Sequence record: JAKSYS010000135.1
DNA length: 32,000 bases
Strand: one strand, 5' to 3'
In this document: positions 27,401 through 32,000 of the stretch, piece by piece
Numbering within the stretch: the stretch's first letter is position 1
How the letters are laid out: each line of letters opens with the position of its first letter
The notes under the pieces: generated by a model
What the model saw: the letters and a program-made list of their open reading frames with translations, nothing else
What the model was told of the DNA's origin: nothing
Databases searched by the model: none
Made by a program: the position numbers and the translations under genes

Positions 27401-29220
27401 GGAAAAATTTAGCCTGTTTTATTTTTTTTTTACCCTCTTTTGGTAATTTTATGTGAAAAACACCTTTTTAGTTACTTTGGTATAAAAATACCTAAAAGTC
27501 TGTAAACATTTTTATCGAAAAAAATAAGTGAACATTTTTACTTTTCTCTATATTAATGAAAAATTTCCGTCGTACTTTTTTTTGCAAATTGCATTTAAAA
27601 TTGTGTTATTTTTATTTAATACAACTTCGTTTTACTGTTTTTTCGTCAAAACCTTTCCAATTGGGGTCGTTGGAAACTAAAAAATGTACGCAGTTTGTTC
27701 GATTTTGTTGCTTTTTATGAAAACAATACAATTTCTATCGAATTTGAAACTCAAAATTACACTTTTCGTCAAACCTTTCTAATTTTATCGATGGTTGTTG
27801 AAAAACGCAGAAAGATTTGTTACAGTTTTTTCCGTCAAACCTTTCGGATTTAATTGATTGCTAATTTAAAATCTCACTTTTCGTAAATGCTTCTAAAAAA
27901 ACGATATTTTGATTTGTTTTAAGACAAATTGTGCTTTTTTAGGCAAAAGCACAGACTACTGTCTGTACTCGCAAAAATGGCTTCATTTTTCCCTTGGCCC
28001 ATAAGGGAAAAATTTAGCCTGTTTTTTTATTTTTTTGCTTTTTTACCCTCTTTTTGGTAATTTTATGTGAAAAACACCTTTTTTAGTTACTTTGGTATAA
28101 AAATACTTAAAAGTCTGTAAACATTTTTATCGAAAAAAAATAAGTGAACATTTTTACTTTCCTCTATATTAATGAAAAAATTTCCGTCATACTTTTTTTT
28201 TGCAAATTGCATTTAAAATTGTGTTATTTTTATCTAATGGATACCACTTCGTTGTACTGTTTTTTCGTCAAAACCTTTCCAATTGGAGTCGTTGGAAACT
28301 AAAAAATGTACGCAGTTTGTTCGATTTTGTTGCTTTTTATGAAAACAATACAATTTCCATCGAATTTGAAACTCAAAATTACACTTTTCGTCAAACCTTT
28401 CTGATTTTATCGATAGTTGTTGAAAAACACAGAAAGATTTGTTACTGTTTTTCCGTCAAACCTTTCGGATTTAATTGATTGCTAATTTAAAATCTCACTT
28501 TTCGTAAATGCTTCGAAAAAGCGATATTTTGATTTGTTTTAAGACAAATTGTGCTTTTTTAGGCAAAAGCACAGACTACTGTCTGTACTCGCAAAAATGG
28601 CTTCATTTTTCCCTTGGCCCATAAGGGAAAAATTTAGCCTGTTTTTTTATTTTTTTGCTTTTTTACCCTCTTTTTGGTAATTTTATGTGAAAAACACCTT
28701 TTTTAGTTACTTTGGTATAAAAATACTTAAAAGTCTGTAAACATTTTTATCGAAAAAAAATAAGTGAACATTTTTACTTTCCTCTATATTAATGAAAAAA
28801 TTTCCGTCGTACTTTTTTTTTGCAAATTGCATTTAAAATTGTGTTATTTTTATCTAATGGATACCACTTCGTTGTACTGTTTTTTCGTCAAAACCTTTCC
28901 AATTGAAGTCGTTGGAAACTAAAAAATGTACGAAGTTTGTTCGATTTTGTTGCCTTTTATGAAAACAATACAATTTCCATCGAATTTGAAACTCAAAATT
29001 ACACTTTTCGTCAAACCTTTCGGATTTAATTGATTGCTAATTTAAAATCTCACTTTTCGTAAATGCTTCGAAAAAAGCGATGTTTTGATTTGTTTTAAGA
29101 CAAATTCTGCTTTTTTAGGCAAAAGCACAGACTACTGTCTGTACTCGCAAAAATGGCTTCATTTTTCCCTTGGCCCATAAGGGAAAAATTTAGCCTGTTT
29201 TTTTAATTTTTTGCTTTTTT
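24433..29220. repeat. direct tandem array, 8 copies of a 551-620 bp unit
   Basis: The unit landmark (a/g)ccctcttttggtaatttt recurs at 24433, 24984, 25601, 26216, 26828, 27432, 28045, 28665 and 29221. Periods are 551, 617, 615, 612, 604, 613, 620 and 556 bp. Copies differ mostly by homopolymer length and by one 66-bp block. Confidence 0.95.
24869..24958. other. cluster of three stem-loops, present in every repeat unit (first copy shown)
   Basis: - tgtgctttt-ttaggc-aaaagcaca: 9-bp stem, 24869-24892
- acagac-tact-gtctgt: 6-bp stem, 24890-24905
- ggct-tc-atttttccctt-ggcccat-aagggaaaaat-tt-agcc: 11+4 bp stem, 24918-24958. Confidence 0.85.
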
Positions 29221-30053
29221 ACCCTCCTTTTGATAATTTTATGTGAAAAACACCGTTTTTAGTTACTTTGGTATAAAAATACCTAAAAGTCTGTAAACAT
29301 TCTTACTTTTCGTCAAACGTTTTTGATTTTATCGATGGTTGTTAAAAAACATAGAAAGATTTGTTACTTGTTTTTCCGTTTTGTTGTTTTTCCGTCAAAA
29401 CCTTTCCAATTGGAGTCATTACAAATTTAAAAATGTACGAAGTTTGTTAGATTTTGTCGATTTTAGTGAAAACAATACGATTTTCGTCTAATTTGGCACT
29501 TAAAACTCCATTTTCGTGGAAAGTTTTCCCTCCCCTAGGACCCCCTCCTATTAGAATCACTGAAGTCCTGTTCCGTGGCTTCCCTCCCGAGAGAAACCCC
29601 TCTTCCTCTATACCAGTTTTTCTCAATTTAGTTTTTTCCAAGAACCGGATACATTATTTCTCCTTTTTTCTCAATTGGTACTCCCATCAGGTAAATCCCA
29701 GTTCTTCTTTTAGTTCTATGTACTTTTACCTCACGATCGTTCTAAGTCCTACACACTGCTAATATATAGAGAATCTCCAGCCCCAGCCCCTTTCCAGCCC
29801 TTTATCGAAATATTTTTTTTCTCTTTTTTCACCTTTCCTCTATATTAATGAAAAAATTTCCGTCGTACTTTTTTTTTGCAAATTGCATTTAAAATTGTGT
29901 TATTTTTATCTAATGGATACCACTTCGTTGTACTGTTTTTTCGTCAAAACCTTTCCAATTGAAGTCGTTGGAAACTAAAAAATGTACGAAGTTTGTTCGA
30001 TTTTGTTGCTTTTTATGAAAACAATACAATTTCCATCGAATTTGAAACTCAAA
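29221..30053 (+). repeat. last direct-orientation unit, interrupted by a ~510-bp insert (scrambled unit fragment plus a GC-richer island at 29518-29815) and truncated
   Basis: The unit's 5' part is cut after ..gtctgtaaacattcttac (29306). It is followed by a diverged, rearranged unit fragment and then a novel GC-richer segment. The unit resumes at ..cctctatattaatg and stops at ..gaaactcaaa (30053). Confidence 0.85.
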
Positions 30054-32000
30054 GTAAAAATGTTCACTTATTTTTTTTTTCGATAAGAATGTTTACAGAC
30101 TTTTAGGTATTTTTATACCAAAGTAACTAAAAACGGTGTTTTTCACATAAAATTATCAAAAAGAGGGTAAAAAAGCAAAAAAATAAAAAAACAGGCTAAA
30201 TTTTTCCCTTATGGGCCAAGGGAAAAATGAAGCCATTTTTGCGAGTACAGACAGTAGTCTGTGCTTTTGCCTAAAAAAGCAGAATTTGTCTTAAAACAAA
30301 TCAAAACATCGCTTTTTTCGAAGCATTTACGAAAAGTGAGATTTTAAATTAGCAATCAATTAAATCCGAAAGGTTTGACGGAAAAAACAGTAACAAATCT
30401 TTCTGCGTTTTTCAACAACTACCGATAAAATCAGAAAGGTTTGACGAAAAGTGTAATTTTGAGTTTCAAATTCGATGGAAATTGTATTGTTTTCATAAAA
30501 AGCAACAAAATCGAACAAACTTCGTACATTTTTAGTTTCCAACGACTTCAATTGGAAAGGTTTTGACGAAAAACAGTACAACGAAGTGGTATCCATTAGA
30601 TAAAAATAACACAATTTTAAATGCAATTTGCAAAAAAGTACGACGGAAATTTTTCATTAATATAGAGGAAAGGTGAAAAAGAGAAAAAAATATTTCGATA
30701 AAGGGCTGGAAAGGGGCTGGGGCTGGAGATTCTCTATATATATTAGCAGTGCGAAGTAGGACTTAGAACGATCGTGAGGTAAAAGTATATAGAACTAAAG
30801 AAGAACTGGGATTTACCTGATGGGAGTACCAATTGAGAAAAAGGAGAAATAATGTATCCGGTTCTTGGAAAAAACTAAATTGGAGAAAAACTGGTATAGA
30901 GGAAGAGGGGTTTCTCTCGGGAGAAGCCACGGAACAGGACTTCAGTGATTCTAATAGGGAGGGGGTCCTAGGGGAGGGAAAACTTTCCACGAAAAATGGA
31001 GTTTTAAGTGCCAAATTAGACGAAAATCGTATTGTTTTCACTAAAATCGACAAAATCTAACAAACTTCGTACATTTTTAAATTTGTAATGACTCCAATTG
31101 GAAAGGTTTTGACGGAAAAACAACAAAACGGAAAAACAAGTAACAAATCTTCCTATGTTTTTAACAACCATCGATAAAATCAAAAACGTTTGACGAAAAG
31201 TAAGAATGTTTACAGACTTTTAGGTATTTTTATACCAAAGTAACTAAAACGGTGTTTTTCACATAAAATTATCAAAAGAGGGTAAAAAGCAAAAAAATAA
31301 AAACAGGCTAAATTTTTCCCTTATGGGCCAAGAAAAATGAAGCCATTTTGAGTACAGACAGTAGTCTGTGCTTTTGCCTAAAAAGCAGAATTTGTCTTAA
31401 AACAAATCAAAACATCGCTTTTGAAGCATTTACGAAAAGTGAGATTTTAAATTAGCAATCAATTAAATCCAAAGGTTTGACGGAAAAACAGTAACAAATC
31501 TTTCTGCGTTTTCAACAACTACCGATAAAATCAGAAAGGTTTGACGAAAAGTGTAATTTGAGTTTCAAATTCGATGGAAATTGTATTGTTTTCATAAAAG
31601 CAACAAAATCGAACAATTCGTACATTTGTTTCCAACGACTTCAATTGAAGGTTTTGACGAAAACAGTACAACGAAGTGGTATCCATTAGATAAAAATAAC
31701 ACAATTTTAAATGCAATTTGCAAAAAAAAACCGAAATTTTCATTAATATAGAGGAAAGGTGAAAAAGAGAAAAAATATTTCGATAAAGAAAGGGCTGGAA
31801 AGGGAACTGGGAGGAGATTCTCTATATATATTAGCAGTGCAAGTAGGACTTAGAACGATCGTGAGGTAAAAGTATATAGAACTAAAAGAAGAACTGGGAT
31901 TTACCCGATGGGAGTACCAATTGAGAAAAAGGAGAAATAATGTATCCGGTTCTTGGGAAAAAACTAAATTGGAGAAAACTGGTATAGAGGAAGAGGTTTC
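30054..32000 (-). repeat. inverted-orientation copies of the repeat, organised as a ~1.12 kb higher-order unit (unit plus island); runs to the window end
   Basis: The sequence from 30054 is the reverse complement of the unit (gtaaaaatgttcactta.. equals the reverse complement of ..taagtgaacatttttac). The landmark gtttacagac recurs at 30091 and 31208. Reverse-complement islands lie at 30691-30988 and 31775-32000. Confidence 0.9.
30734..30864 (+). ncRNA. candidate 5S-rRNA-like element (tentative); other copies at 29642-29769 (-) and 31822-31952 (+)
   Basis: - GAACGAUCGUGAGGUAAAAG resembles the 5S loop C / helix III segment GAAC-UCAGAAGUGAAAC.
- ACCUGAUGGGAGUACC...GAGAAAAAGG resembles the loop E strands CCGAUGGUAGU...GAGAGUAGG.
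- A 7-bp helix ctatata/tatatag closes the first hairpin.
- An 8-bp helix gaactggg/tccggttc closes the second.
- No convincing helix I was found. Confidence 0.25.

Noticed and set aside
29447-29762. ORFs on both strands of the GC-richer island (29454-29762 +, 29447-29641 -, and counterparts at 30763-31053 and 30833-31060)
   Set aside because: The copies differ by frame-shifting indels, so the predicted proteins diverge after short shared stretches. There is no start or stop conservation and no recognisable domain.
30054-30457. Reading the orientation switch as a pure hairpin (template/complement) read artefact
   Set aside because: A fold-back artefact should give an exact reverse complement of the immediately preceding bases. 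Here the junction joins two different unit positions and leaves a 404-bp asymmetric spacer. This does not exclude other assembly chimeras, so the switch is reported as a finding to verify.
24433-32000. CRISPR-like interpretation of the repeat region
   Set aside because: The units are 550-620 bp and contiguous, with no short direct repeats alternating with unique spacers. The context is mitochondrial. No cas-like ORFs are present.

Overview
This window is strongly AT-rich, tightly packed mitochondrial DNA with stramenopile (diatom-like) gene content and order. Nearly everything is on the minus strand.

Positions 1-24,300 carry 26 identifiable protein genes:
- ribosomal proteins in bacterial S10/spc-like clusters
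- nad1, nad2, nad4, nad7, nad9
- cob, cox2, atp6, atp8, tatC

The same stretch also holds 3 unassigned ORFs, 18 hand-folded tRNA genes, and one group II intron in cob with an RT-maturase-HNH ORF. The standard genetic code is indicated: trnW has anticodon CCA, and TGA is used as a stop.

Positions ~24,433-32,000 are a large repeat region:
- It starts with 8 direct tandem copies of a 551-620 bp unit. Each copy carries a cluster of strong hairpins and an internal sub-repeat.
- At 30,053/30,054 the orientation switches. Inverted copies follow, organised as a ~1.12 kb higher-order unit.
- That unit includes a GC-richer ~300 bp island with 5S-rRNA-like motifs.

The most unusual coding observation is that 8 conserved genes (rpl5, rpl14, rps4, rps8, rps13, nad4, nad2, nad9) are interrupted by about two dozen single-base frame breaks. 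The breaks sit almost entirely in short A/T runs, and almost all are fixed by adding one base. Other long genes, and three 10-nt runs, are intact.

Deletion-biased sequence error is the leading explanation. Slippage or insertional correction, or pseudogenisation, cannot be excluded from the sequence alone.

All translations and folds were done by hand. tRNA ends are +/-2 nt, and no database search was possible.
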